Shown piece after piece: positions 23,901 through 35,292 of a stretch of DNA of 64,000 nucleotides. Numbering within the stretch: the stretch's first letter is position 1; every line of letters begins with the position of its first letter. Both the position numbers and the translations under genes were made by a program. Location of the stretch: NCBI RefSeq assembly GCF_009834535.1, contig NC_045698.1, forward strand, positions 2,296,001 to 2,360,000, in the 5' to 3' direction. A model generated the notes under the pieces. The model was not told where the DNA came from, made no database searches, and saw only the letters and a program-made list of their open reading frames with translations. This DNA is from Camelus ferus (taxonomy: Eukaryota).

Positions 23901-25654
23901 GCAGGCAACTATACACAGAAGGGGGCGCTCTTTTAGGGAAACTGGGAACTCAGGCCACTCTTGCCAGGACACAAGGGATGACCAACAGTCTGGATTCTCC
24001 CAGGAAGGAGGGGGCTCTGGGGACTGAGGCTTCCCGTGTGGAAACCAGAAAGCCCCGGGCAAACTGGAGGAGCTGGTCACCCGCACGTACCTCGTGGTTC
24101 GGCTGTGCATGTGACCCTACGTGACAGGGGACCCGCTGGGCGTGTGTGGCTCAGACCACAACTCCTGGACCTGAGGGCGGTTATCCCAAAGCCCGGCCCA
24201 CCTGGGTCCTGGCGCAGACTGCCTGGCCCAGGCCATCGTCAGGCCCTGGGGTCCCCCCTCCTGGAGGCGAGGCCACACGAAGGAGCGTCTCCACACCGCT
24301 ATGCCTGGACCCCCCGGCACTTAGGAATAGACTAGTAAGATTTTCCTTCTTAGCCATCCAGTCACCCTCCCCTCCAGTATCAGATCCCTCCCAAGAGGCT
24401 GTAGGCAATGCTCCCAGTGGCAGGAGGAGAGAAGGCAGCATTGCTGAGGAGGAATTTACTTCCATAAATATTTTTCCCGCAGTGTGTGGGCTTCTGATGT
24501 GGCTGGAGGAGGGTCCAGGGTGGGTGATCCCCACTGCATGGCGGTCCTGCTTCCTTGGGAGGTGGGTCAGCATGCTCACGGCACTGCCACCACCTTCTGT
24601 CCAGTCCCAGGATGCCCATCCCTGTTGGTTACGCCATTGTCCCCCAGCCTCGGGGCCGCCCATCCGTGGGGGAACACGTTGGGGGCCTTGCCACCCGTTC
24701 CCGCCTCCGGGGACTGGCTTCAGGACAGGATGTGCACTGGGTGTGCCCGGACTGGGGGGGGGTGCTGAGAGTGAGCCCCGCCGAGGGCTGAGGGTGGAGC
24801 CGCAGGGCCAGCTTCAAGAGGGACATCGCCAACGCCCGCTCCGTGTTGTCGCAGAGGCCGCCTGTCTCCAGAAGCTTGAATGAAGTCTTTTCTTATTGGA
24901 AGCCAAATCTGATGGTTTGTTTTTGAGAGATACTTCCCACTGGGCTTTATCCACATTCTCAAATCTAAGCTTTAATGAAAAAATAAAAACAAAAAGCAAA
25001 GCAACCTGGACATGGATCTCAACTTGACCATTGTCCCTGGGTCTGTCTGCAGAGTGACTTCACAGCTCAGAAAGAACAGCCCTTCCCTTACCTGCTGAGC
25101 TGGCCCCTGCTCTGTCCCTCCACGGTGGTGGGGACTAACTCAATGAGGTGGCAAATCTCAGAAAGAGAACGGTGCTGATAACAATCGTACCATCACAACA
25201 CAAAGTCAGTTTTCCCGTTAAGTTGTCTTCCCCGAGACTCAGTGCCCGAAGGAAGCAGAGTCACCAGGACTGCTATCACTGAAAACGAGCAGCAGGACCC
25301 TTCAGAAATGGAACGTTCTGGTAAATATCTGTCAAGGTAACAGGACCTGTGTTTTAACTTAAAACAGGGGTCTGAACATTTTTAAATGGTATCAAAACGC
25401 AGCTTGAACCAGAGCCTCAAGTGGGAGCCACGCCCACTGAGTGACGTCTGCCCCTTGGGTCACAGGTTCACGTGGCTCCCACCCTGAGGCAGTGAAGTGC
25501 TTGGCCCGCAAGCCAGTTAGCGTGTTACCAGGGGCTGCCAGTGCCCTGAAAGGCCAGCACCCACGTCTGTTTAATCAGATGGCCCCTCCCAGCCCACCCC
25601 CGGGTGTGACTCCAGCCCACTGCCCGCAGAACTTCCCGCCATGATGCAAATGCC

Positions 25655-25818
25655 CTGTATCTACACTGCCCACGGCACAAGCCACGGGTCTCACACGGCT
25701 ATTGAGTCCTTGAAATGTGCCTGCAAGACTGAGAAACCACATTTAAAATTGCATTGTATTGTATTTGCATTTAGATGTAATATTATGGATGGCAAGTGGC
25801 CGCCCTGTTGGACAGCAG
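25655..25818. mobile_element. MER3/MER33-like hAT-Charlie element
   Basis: GGCTATTGAGTCCTTGAAATGTG..GACTGAGAAAC, AT-rich centre, GTGGCCGCCCTGTTGGACAGCA end. Confidence 0.7.
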
Positions 25819-25959
25819 TTTCTGAACTTTGACTGAACAGTTGGCAAGAGTTAAAAAAAAAAAAAAAAGACACTTTGTAGTTAAATGCAGATGAAACCAG
25901 AAACTATTTTAACTTAACACATATTTGCAATATTTCTTTTGTTTGTTTTTTTTTTCATT

Positions 25960-26460
25960 TAAATACTCAGTGTTGGTGAGCACAGGGACAGATGCCCCCA
26001 CAGAGACCAACAGAGCTCATACACATTGATACAAGTTTGGGGGGATGCCATTGGAAACATTTATCAAAACTATGTTTTAAAAGTGCCTATCCTTCGTCCA
26101 AGAAATTTCATTCCGAGATTTATCTTGAAGAGCTAACTGAGGCCTCAGAGGAAGACTAGGGACACGATTATAAACAATGCTGTTATTGAGAGTTATTTAA
26201 AAAACCCCAAACTAATTCAGAGCCCAAGAATAGAAGAAAAGGTTAAATAGATTGATGGCGTACTTCTGAGAATATTAGATGACACTGGGAAGTGTTTACA
26301 ATATAACTTTAATCAAAATGTCTGGATACAAAACACTACATAAGATGTGATTCTTAGCTTATTTATGTTTGTATTTACATCCCCAAAACACTGCCCAGAA
26401 TCAGAGCTGAACAGAAAAATTATTTCTCTTTTATAATTTTCTATATTTTCTTAAACGTGT
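25960..26460 (+). mobile_element. ancient L1 (L1ME/L1MC-type) 3' fragment
   Basis: AATACTCAGTGTTGGTGAG..TGGAAACATTTATCAAAA..AGAAATTTCATTCCGAGATTTATC resembles old L1 3' ends; heavily decayed. Confidence 0.5.
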
Positions 26461-27949
26461 CTAAATTATTTTTAACAAAGGAAAAGATCAGTGGCATGAA
26501 TTTGTTTGGTCCACCTGTTGGTCATTCGGACATGGGCATCTGGGACAGTAAATGGTACCCGGGGAGCGGAGGAGGCTGCTCTCAGCACTTCCTGTTTGGT
26601 TCATGCCATCAGGGTACGACTTAGCTGCAAATCTCAGCTGACAAAATCAATTGATTATTGGCTTAACGTGTGGGTCCCTGCCCGATAGCCTGTCCCTTTC
26701 CTTGCTGTGTGCAGCTCTGCACTTGTCCCGTGGAGAATCTTTGGATCCAAGAGTGACCTGGCATAGACCCCGATGCTGGGGACACTCATCTATTTAAAAT
26801 AATAACAGCTGCAAAATGGTCAAATGCAAAAACCCCGGGACGGCGTGATGGGCTTGGAGAAGTAACTGCCTTCTGCCTTCATGCCTTCCAGCAAGGCACC
26901 CGCTTGGACGCCCTGGGAGGTGGAGGGAGCGGCTCCCTCCTCGTGGACCGTGTTCCTCCAGCGCTGCAGGCCTGGCTGGTCCTGCAGCTGGGGTGAGCCC
27001 TGTGGCTCGAAGGCCCGACCGCTCCCCACACTGCATGGTCTAATCCCTCGCTGCTGGGAGGGCCGGGCGGCAGCTCCAAGCTGAGCTCCATGCAAACTTG
27101 TGATGACTAACTTAGTGAATCGTGTCAAATCTTAAACTTTATTTTATTTTATTTTTTATCAGCTGAAGGAGAGCAGGTGCCCAATTGACATCCCGCCCCA
27201 GGCGTGAGCCTGTCTTGCCACCACCTCGCCTCCCAAGACAGGTGGCAAGAGGAGTGTGGCTTCGCACAGAAGTGGTACCCTCTCCCCTGTCAAAACTTCT
27301 TCCTGCTGTCAGAAAGCACTCTCCCTCCGCTCCCTCAGTCACCGCTTCCCACGGAAGGTAAACACCCTCTAAATCAATAATTGATGAAAAGGACTTTCAA
27401 AAGCAGCAGTGACCCTCACATCTCACTTAGATATTCTTGTTTTGACACAACCATTATCTGATGTTTTTAGAAAATCATCAAAGTCTAAATGATCAGCAAA
27501 ATAAAGTTTAAATCACAAATGTTTTCTTCTGTATTGAACTCCTTGTGCAAGAAGGTGCCAATTTTAAAAATAAATGAATGGATGATGAATCGCCCGGTGC
27601 CTTTCACCAATGGATGAAGTGCAGCTGGCGGTCAGAGACTCAGCCCTGGCTCCCCAGCCCGGGCGGCCTCCCTCCTGTCCCCCATCCACGCCCGCGTGCG
27701 AGCTCAGAGCTGCTCGCCCATGTTCAGAAACAGATTGCACATCGGAATCGTAAAGCTGTAGTATTGCAAAGTTCAGCCCGAAAAGCCATGCATCCAAAAC
27801 GTCTGTTATACCCCCAATTTAAGATCCTACAAGAGTGGTAATAGGGTTTCATTCTACATCCTGAATCTTGGCTGGGGGAAGAAACAGAGTATAAAATAGC
27901 GCAAATGTGAAGAGCGGTGGCAGGAGCGAGTTCCCTGGGAAATTTTGTT

Positions 27950-28110
27950 TTGAAGAGGAGTTGATGTGCAGTGTCGTGTTAGATTCAGGTGCGCAGCAGG
28001 CTGACTCGGTTACACGTACGTGCGCACACTCTTTCTCCTTCTCTTTCTCGTGATAGGTTATTGCAGGATGTTGGGTATCGTTTCCTGTGCTGCACAGTAG
28101 GAACTGGTTA
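27950..28110 (-). mobile_element. L1 3'-terminal fragment
   Basis: Reverse complement aligns by eye to the L1 3' UTR ends at about 10150-10295 and 20750-20885 (AGCACAGGAAAC..TGCAATAACCTAT..CTAACAC..ATCAACT). Confidence 0.8.
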
Positions 28111-28439
28111 TTTTCCTTAAGTTTTATTTTTGATTCTAACTTCAAAAATGCATTTCTTCCTTTCAGGAGGGTAATTTCAAAAGAAAACAAAGGGACAAGA
28201 GCTAACTGAGTGAGTGGACTCGTGTTTTGAACTTTTGTGTGTGGGCAGCGATCTCAGACATCCCCCCAGATTTTGAATGCTGGTATTTGGGGGCTGTTGG
28301 GGTCTTTTTCTGTCTCCATTTCTGACTACAGACACATCCTATTTTAAGTAACCGTGTTGATATTTTAAGGATAAGCTCTTGATTTCATTCACTTAAATGT
28401 TGAGCTTCCGAATCTATTTTAAATTAATTCATTTATATT

Positions 28440-28476
28440 ACACACACACAAATGCACACACACACACACACACACA
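28440..28476 (+). repeat. interrupted (CA)n microsatellite
   Basis: ACACACACACA AATG CACACA... visible. Confidence 0.9.
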
Positions 28477-29339
28477 TTTTCTTCTCAAATTGAAGCCTCT
28501 ATTCCGCAGAGGCAAGCACACCCAGAATACGGCATCCATCATCTGCGGGCAGAACTGATGGATCCAGGTGGGAGGGGTTGAAGGATGACGCTCCCTCTCA
28601 TTTGGAGAACGTGGTCCATCCCCGCAGCCCAGACTGATGGAGAACGCCGCGTCGCCATTCCTGCTCCCACTCCACTTTTCTTTCTTTATTTTTACCCTCC
28701 CTCCTTACCCCCTTAAAACAGTGATGGGTAAGTAAAAAGAGCAGGTCTTAATTAAATGTAAATCAGTGTAAGGAACAGCTTTTGTGCATGGAGTTTAATG
28801 TAAGGATAAGATCTAACAAAGAGGGGCAGGCTCTCTCCCCACAGTCGTGATGGAGGAGGAGGCTGGCAGGCCCTGAGACACCCCTGGACAGTCCTTGCAT
28901 CACTTCTGCCTCCCCGAAGGCGCACTGACATTGCAAGTAACTCCGAGCCCCAGACTTGCAGGGACTTCACGCACCAGTGGCTTCTTTTTTGTTCGTATCA
29001 CGTGTCCACCAGGGAGGACACAGGACCTCTGCTCACCCCCCAGTGAAGGTTCCCAGGCTGATGAAGGCTTCATCTCAACATGTGAATCGTGCACCAGCCC
29101 TTAATTTGTGCTCTAGGGAATGACACCTGTCCCTCTGCTCACAGTTCACCCTCCACAAGACACATCGCCACACCCAGCCTCAAGTGAGAAAGCAAGACCC
29201 ACATCAGGTTCCCAGAAGTAGAGGCTGGGGATGTGAGAGCAAACCTAGGGGCCACAACAAACATGACCATTCTGGGCCCCAGGGCCAAAGCTGGGAATAC
29301 CAAGCTACTCAGGACACCCTATTCCCTTCACCAAAAGGC

Positions 29340-29748
29340 TGGGTGCCCCAACGTCCTTAGTGTCTCGCAAGGCCATTGACCCAGTTCTGCCACTGCAACA
29401 TGTGGGAGCTCTGCTGGGGGACTCCTGAGAATGACCACTCTTTCAGGTGTAAGTAGGCCTCTTTCCTCTGCCTGCCTTTCTCGCTACATGAATGTGTATG
29501 TCTGAGGATGTGATGCTTGGTGCTGTGGCAGCCATATCGAAGCCATGAGGCAACACCAACAAGCTGTGGATGGTAGAGCAGAAAAAACAGAGAGTCTTGG
29601 CATCGATGAAACCATGGAGCCACTGCATCAAACTCTGAACTGCACATCTCCAGGCTCCTTATGTGGGACGACAGAGTGACTTTTCCGCTTAAGTCAGGAC
29701 CAGTGACATATTTCGTTGTGTGTAGCTGAATGAATCCAAACTGATTCA
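29340..29748 (+). mobile_element. old MaLR LTR (MLT1J/K-like)
   Basis: GATGTGATGCTTGGTGCTGTGGCAGCCAT..GGATGGTAGAGCAGAAA..GTAGCTGAATGAATCCAAACTGATTCA; 5' boundary uncertain. Confidence 0.65.
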
Positions 29749-31134
29749 ATCATACTTCTGCAAATAACTAGACAGAAGGTGGACTATCACGAACATCACA
29801 ATAGAGATCTAGTAATCAGTGAGGGGATGTGAAGGGGGATTAATTGCACTGGAGCTGCTGGGGAGATATTCTTGAGAAGTAAAGATGCTACAAACTGGTA
29901 GGAACCTGGCACAAGGAGACTGTCTGCAGCATCCCAGCATGCGGGGTCGGGGCAGGGGGTAACGCCCTCTCTTCTCACCTTTCATTTGCTCATCACCGAC
30001 TGGGCACCAGACTCTGCGCTGGGTCCTGGGTGGGGGTGGGGCACTGGTCAAGGTAGGTTATTTGCTGCCAGTGCTGTCACCCTCCAGCTGGGAGGCTGCT
30101 TGGACAGAAGCTCAGAGAGGTCAGCGTCTTTGGGCCACACGTGGCAGAGCCTTCCGGACAGCAGGACCACACGAGCAGAGGCAGGGCTGAGAGAGGGAGG
30201 GGGCGTTACCAGCAGGACCCCTGGGTGCATCCGAGGCTGTGCCTCGTGGCAGCTAGCGGGGAACTGAAGTCCAGACCTGCTGCATGTACCGAATCCACCC
30301 CTGCTCACGCCCTTTCAGTTTGGGTTTGCGCCTCCCCGGGCACGGGCTCCAGCTTTGGTCTAGCTCAGCCTACAGCCCCGACTTAATAGGAAGCTGAAAG
30401 CAGCTCAGGGGCGCCGCAGCATTCCCGGGTGAGACGCAGCTCTGCGAACTCGGAGTGGAGCTAACTGTGGAAAAGTTCAGCAGCCCATACCGGGCAACAG
30501 CCATTGAAGGAGCTTTCAAAGGGCCCCACCTCCCTCTCGTGTCCTGAATGAGGGTCGCTTTAATTAAGTGACATTAAAATCCGGCAGCTTTAGCCTCTTG
30601 GATTTGATCAGCTGTAATTCAGACAGCTTCGGTGCCAGCTCTCAAAGTGCGTCTTTTCAGTTCACCAGCCCGAGCGCTTGCACGCCTAGGGTGACGTGCA
30701 AGGTAAAAGCGCGTTGCTTCTCAGCTTGGAGAGGAAAGAGGAAATGGGTGAAACTCCATTAAATCACAGCAGGCATGAGAAGAGTTAAAAGAAAGTGTCC
30801 TCTGAGTCCTCAGTATGACTGGAATGTTCAGGAAAACCAGAGGGAGTCCTGGCTCCGCCGGGAAGTGACAGAAGCGAATAAACCCCAGACGCCTGGGCTC
30901 AGCCCCGCTGCCCTCTGGTCCGGGGCTGGGGCCCTGGGCATCGTTCTAAGGCATTTCTGAGACTGCCCGCCCATCATTGGGCAGAGGCCTGGGGGCTGTA
31001 AGGAGTCTCCTCCCCTCAGATGCCCAGGCTGCGGTCTCCAAGGTTATGTCAGAACTTCCTGTCCACGTGGCCCAGTCACGGGGAGTCTGTGCAAGATCCC
31101 CAGCACCAGAGCAAGAAGAGCCAGAGCTAGGCCC

Positions 31135-31505
31135 TGCCGTGGGTTAAACAGTGGTCCTAACGCCCAGAACCTGGGGACGAGACCTCATTTGGAAAAATGG
31201 TCTTTGCAGATGGGATTAACCCAAAGATGCTGATAAGAAGAGATCACTCTGGATTATCTGGATGGCCCCTAAATCCAGTGACAAGTGTCCTGATGAGAAG
31301 CAGAAGAGAGACACAGACGCAGAGGAGGCCACGTGAAGATGAGGCTGAGGGCAGAGTGATGGAGTCTGGAGGCCCGGAGATGCCTGGACCCCCAGAAGCA
31401 GGAGGGGTTCTGGAGGCAGCAAGGCCCCACGATGTTGAGGGCGGACTTCTGGCCCCCAGACTCTGAGAGAACCAAGGTCTATTGCTTTAGGTCACCCAGC
31501 GCCTT
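31135..31505 (+). mobile_element. MaLR LTR (MLT1C/D-like)
   Basis: ATTTGGAAAAATGGTCTTTGCAGATG..GGATTATCTGGATGGCCCCTAAATCCAGTGACAAGTGTCCT..GGACTTCTGGCCCCCAGA. Confidence 0.8.
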
Positions 31506-34500
31506 GTCAGGGCCCCTGGGGCCCCCACCCGAGCCCCACGCACCTGAGGCCCCGCCAGCCCGGCTGAGCAGAGGCACCTGCCGAGTTTCTCTCTGGGCGC
31601 TGCCTCCCCGCTGCTGTGGCAAAGGTGGACCGTGAAGGGATGGGGTCCCCGCCAGGCCCCTCGGCTCCAGACACCCCTCCTCCCCAGGCCTCTGACACCG
31701 GCAGAGCTGGGACGAGGCACGGACCACCTCGCTGCGTGACTGCCGCAGGCGGGCCCCAGAAGGCCGGCTCTTGCCCCAGGACATTCGGGACCTCGAAGAC
31801 CCTAAAGAGCTTGGAGCTTCCGGGGCTTCCAGACCCTGAGCCCCCGGCCGACTCCAGGCCTTCACTCCAGAATCTCTGCGCAGCAACACTCTCTCGATCT
31901 GCTATGAAACCTACTTCAGAAAAAACTTCCCGTGCCCTTGGCATCTCACGCAGAAAACTCGGGCCAAAACCCACAGTGGTAAGTCACCCAGGTGTTACGT
32001 TTTCAGCAAGGCCATTTAGAACATCATTCCACCGGATTGTCGGGTTCCCTGAAGCCGCCGGCATGTAGTTCCAGTGACCCCCCGAGTCCGAGGCTTCCGT
32101 CTGCGTGTCTCACACAGGCAGGACATGCTCCACGGGGTCCTGATTTACCGACCTCACGGCCGGGGAAGCCGCCCCTTGGACGCGGCCGGGACCCTCCTCA
32201 CTCTTGTCATCTTAGTCCAAACTCCAAACTCGCAGCGAACGGGAGAGCTCTGAACAGGAACCAGCTCACCTTTCTGCTTTGTGTTTATTGATGACACTTC
32301 ATGAATAGAGAAAATAAAAATATAAAGTGATTAGGTATTCTGAGAGAAGACGTCCAGAATATTCCATGAATCCCCAAAGAAGTTTCCAGGGGACAATGTA
32401 ACAACTACAAAGAAATTAAAGAAATAGACATTTCATTTTCTTCAGGGCCTTCTTGCTAAGTCGGCCAGGAAGCCCTGTAGTGTAACTGCATTTTCTAAAG
32501 TCAATTGCACTGATGTAAAGTTGTTTTGCCCCAAAACTGATCCTTTAAAGGTGTGGCTACGGGTGATTAAGGCAATTATTAAGGTCATTAATTCTACCCC
32601 CCACCTCCCCACCTGCGCTGGTCACTCCGCAGGTGAAGGGACAAACACAGCAGGGGACACCTGTTCTAAAAACAAAAGTAGAATTTCCCTTGAATGACTT
32701 TTGTGAATTTATCATCAAGATACACCCCTCAGCCACAGATGCCCAAGTCATTTTACGAGAGAAAAGCAGGCCTGCCCCTTTGAGCATGAACACATGGGCA
32801 GAAGGGGCTAGAACAGCTCTGAAAACCGAAATGAAGAAACACTGGGGCTGCGGTGACACACAGACGCCACCACTCACATTCCGATGACAGCCCAGCCAAG
32901 GCCTGGGCAGGGCTTGGACGTCTGAGTCCGACTTTACAGTGCATGGCGCACGTCTGTGGTGAAAAGTAGTAACAGTAATAAATAAATAATAAATTATTTT
33001 CTAAAATAATGTGTGGGTGACCGACCCACCCTAAAAGGTGAGTTAGGAAGGCTTTCTGTGCAGCCAGGCCCCCGAAGCACCTGCCATGGGGGGATGCAGA
33101 GCCGGCCGCAGGGATGCAGTGGGGCTCCCATCTCACCAGGGCCCCAGCCTCCACAAAAGGGGTCCCTGCACCCCGGGGACTCATCCCCCAGCTCTCAGGC
33201 GGGCTTCCCATCACAACCACAGAGAAGGTGGGGTGTTGTCCTCAACGGAAGCCTAACCAAATGTCACACGCATCCAAGTGGAGACGCCCTCGCCGGGGCA
33301 GGAAGGCAAGATGCTCAGGCAGGATGGCTCGGTGACCCCACATGGGCTGCTGGCTGATCCGACCCCAGCCAGACGCCCTTGCACTGGGAGCTGATTCAGC
33401 GAGCCAGCACACTCACGCCCCGGCGTCCTGAGCGGCAGGTTTTGACACGTGGTGAGGTGCTACGTGCTGACACAAAAAAAATGGGGAAGACGTCCTTAAG
33501 GGGAAGTTGACCTGCAGACATTGGCCAACTGTGCCTGCATCGCTTGTGCAAAGACACACACGAAGCTACGCACACGCACGTACACGGGTGTGCACGTATC
33601 CATCTGTGAGTGTGCAGAGCAACGTATCTGAGCACACGGGGGGGGGGGCAGAAAGAATCACCACAGGAAGGGGTAGCCAACACCTTTGGGAATGGAACAG
33701 GGATTGACAGGGGAGGGGCGGTGGGGTTGCCCGGGGATATTTTTATTTTACGGGAAAACTGTAATGACAAGAGTATATGTACGTGTTGTTCCCTCCGTTA
33801 AAAACAAAAACAAGATGCATGATGTGATGTGATGTGTCATCCTGGGCTGCCTGCAGGGGGTGTGAGTCCTCCCTAGAGATGCAGGGGAGGGGCTGGAGGG
33901 GGGTGTCCCGGGACTGACGGTGACCCCCGGGCCACGCGCATCAGCCTGGGAAGGGAAGTGACTCTCAGGAAATGACACCGGGGAGCATGGGGTCTGGGAA
34001 GCTCCTGTGAGGACAGGGAAATGAAGGGCTCCCCTGGGGCAGATGGGGATGGGCCAGGGCGGTGGACAGATTACACCTTGCCCAGCGTGCTGGACTCTGC
34101 TCTCTAGGACACGGGGAAACCTGGACACCTGTTAACTCGGTGAGAGTAACTTGGCCAGTATGCGGTGCGGAAAGGTTGCCCCTGAAGCAGAATGGAAGAT
34201 GTGTTAAAACGAAGCCAGACTGAAGGCAGGGAGGTCATTCAGGAAACCGCGGCAGTGACCTAGTCTGTTGAAGATGTCAACTGAAGTAAAAGAAGGCTAA
34301 CAAGTAGGGTGACCATGTAACTTGTCCAACTTGGGGCACTCCAGGAAATGAAATGTGGGCCCAGAGAGACACTGCGGTTGTCCCAGGCACACTGGAGTGA
34401 ATGGGCCCCTCATTCAGAGGGCGTGAGGGGGACAGAAGCTTTGAAGAGACATCCGTGAAGTCCCACGTTGCCAGTCTGTCCACGAGGGCAGGACAGCAGC

Positions 34501-34699
34501 CACCTCTCCTGTTCTCCGTTCTCCCTTTCCTTCAGTATCTCCAAGGTCACATCCAGGAATACGATGGGCGCTCAACCACTCACCACTGAATAAATGGATG
34601 GTGAACAGGACAGAATTGAAGACAGACATATGAAGAAGGCGTCAGGCTGGCGGCCAAGATTCTGGCCACTTCCTGCAGGACCGTCCCCTTTGCTAGGAT

Positions 34700-34935
34700 C
34701 ACAGAGCCACGAAGAGGAGAGGTCCATCGGCAGGTTGTCAGGTGAAGATGCGTCCAGTGCAGTGGACTGTTTGAGTCTGTAGCTCTTGGCTGAGATTCGG
34801 ATGAAAAACACAGATTTGGGAGCCCACTGGTCAGAGCCCAGAGTGTGAGTGACGTTTTCCAGTTGGGGGGGGGCAGACTAAAATAAGGGGTAGAACAGAG
34901 CTCACGAGGGCCCTGGGGTTCGCAGGTGGGGAAAA
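34700..34935 (-). mobile_element. L2 fragment
   Basis: GTCCAGTGCAGTGGA..GAGTCTGTAGCTC..ACAGATTTGGGAGC pattern typical of L2 relics. Confidence 0.45.
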
Positions 34936-35164
34936 GAAGAGATTAAGGGCAAGGCAGACGGAGAAGGAGAAAGCTGAGAAACAAGGAAATTGGGGGGGAG
35001 GTGGTGCCAGTGACAGTGGGTGTCGGGGCCAGGAGTCAAAGTCAGATTTTCAGGTCTGCAGTAAAGTTCAGGGAAGTTCCTTGCGGCTGAAGGATCAAAC
35101 TATGGGTCTAAGACCCTTTCATGACTTGTGCTTTTCATAAAATGTGTTTTTTCAGCCAAATCCA

Positions 35165-35292
35165 AATCAAATTTATTTAAAACTCAAATGTTGGACCCGA
35201 ATCCATACGTAGTGAATCAGGAGATTTCTAGGCAAGAACCGTTCATTTTAACATGCTTTCCAAGGAATTCTGAAGCTTCAGAAGTTCAGGAT
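35165..35292. mobile_element. MER5-like fragment
   Basis: TGAATCAG..CATTTTAACATGCTTTCCAAGGAATTCTGA..AAGTTCAG. Confidence 0.5.

Noticed and set aside
23915..23928. CTCF-like motif ACAGAAGGGGGCGC (also GCCCCAGATGGCAG at 46129)
   Set aside because: Each has about two mismatches to the core in GC-rich DNA; cannot be supported without PWM scoring or ChIP.
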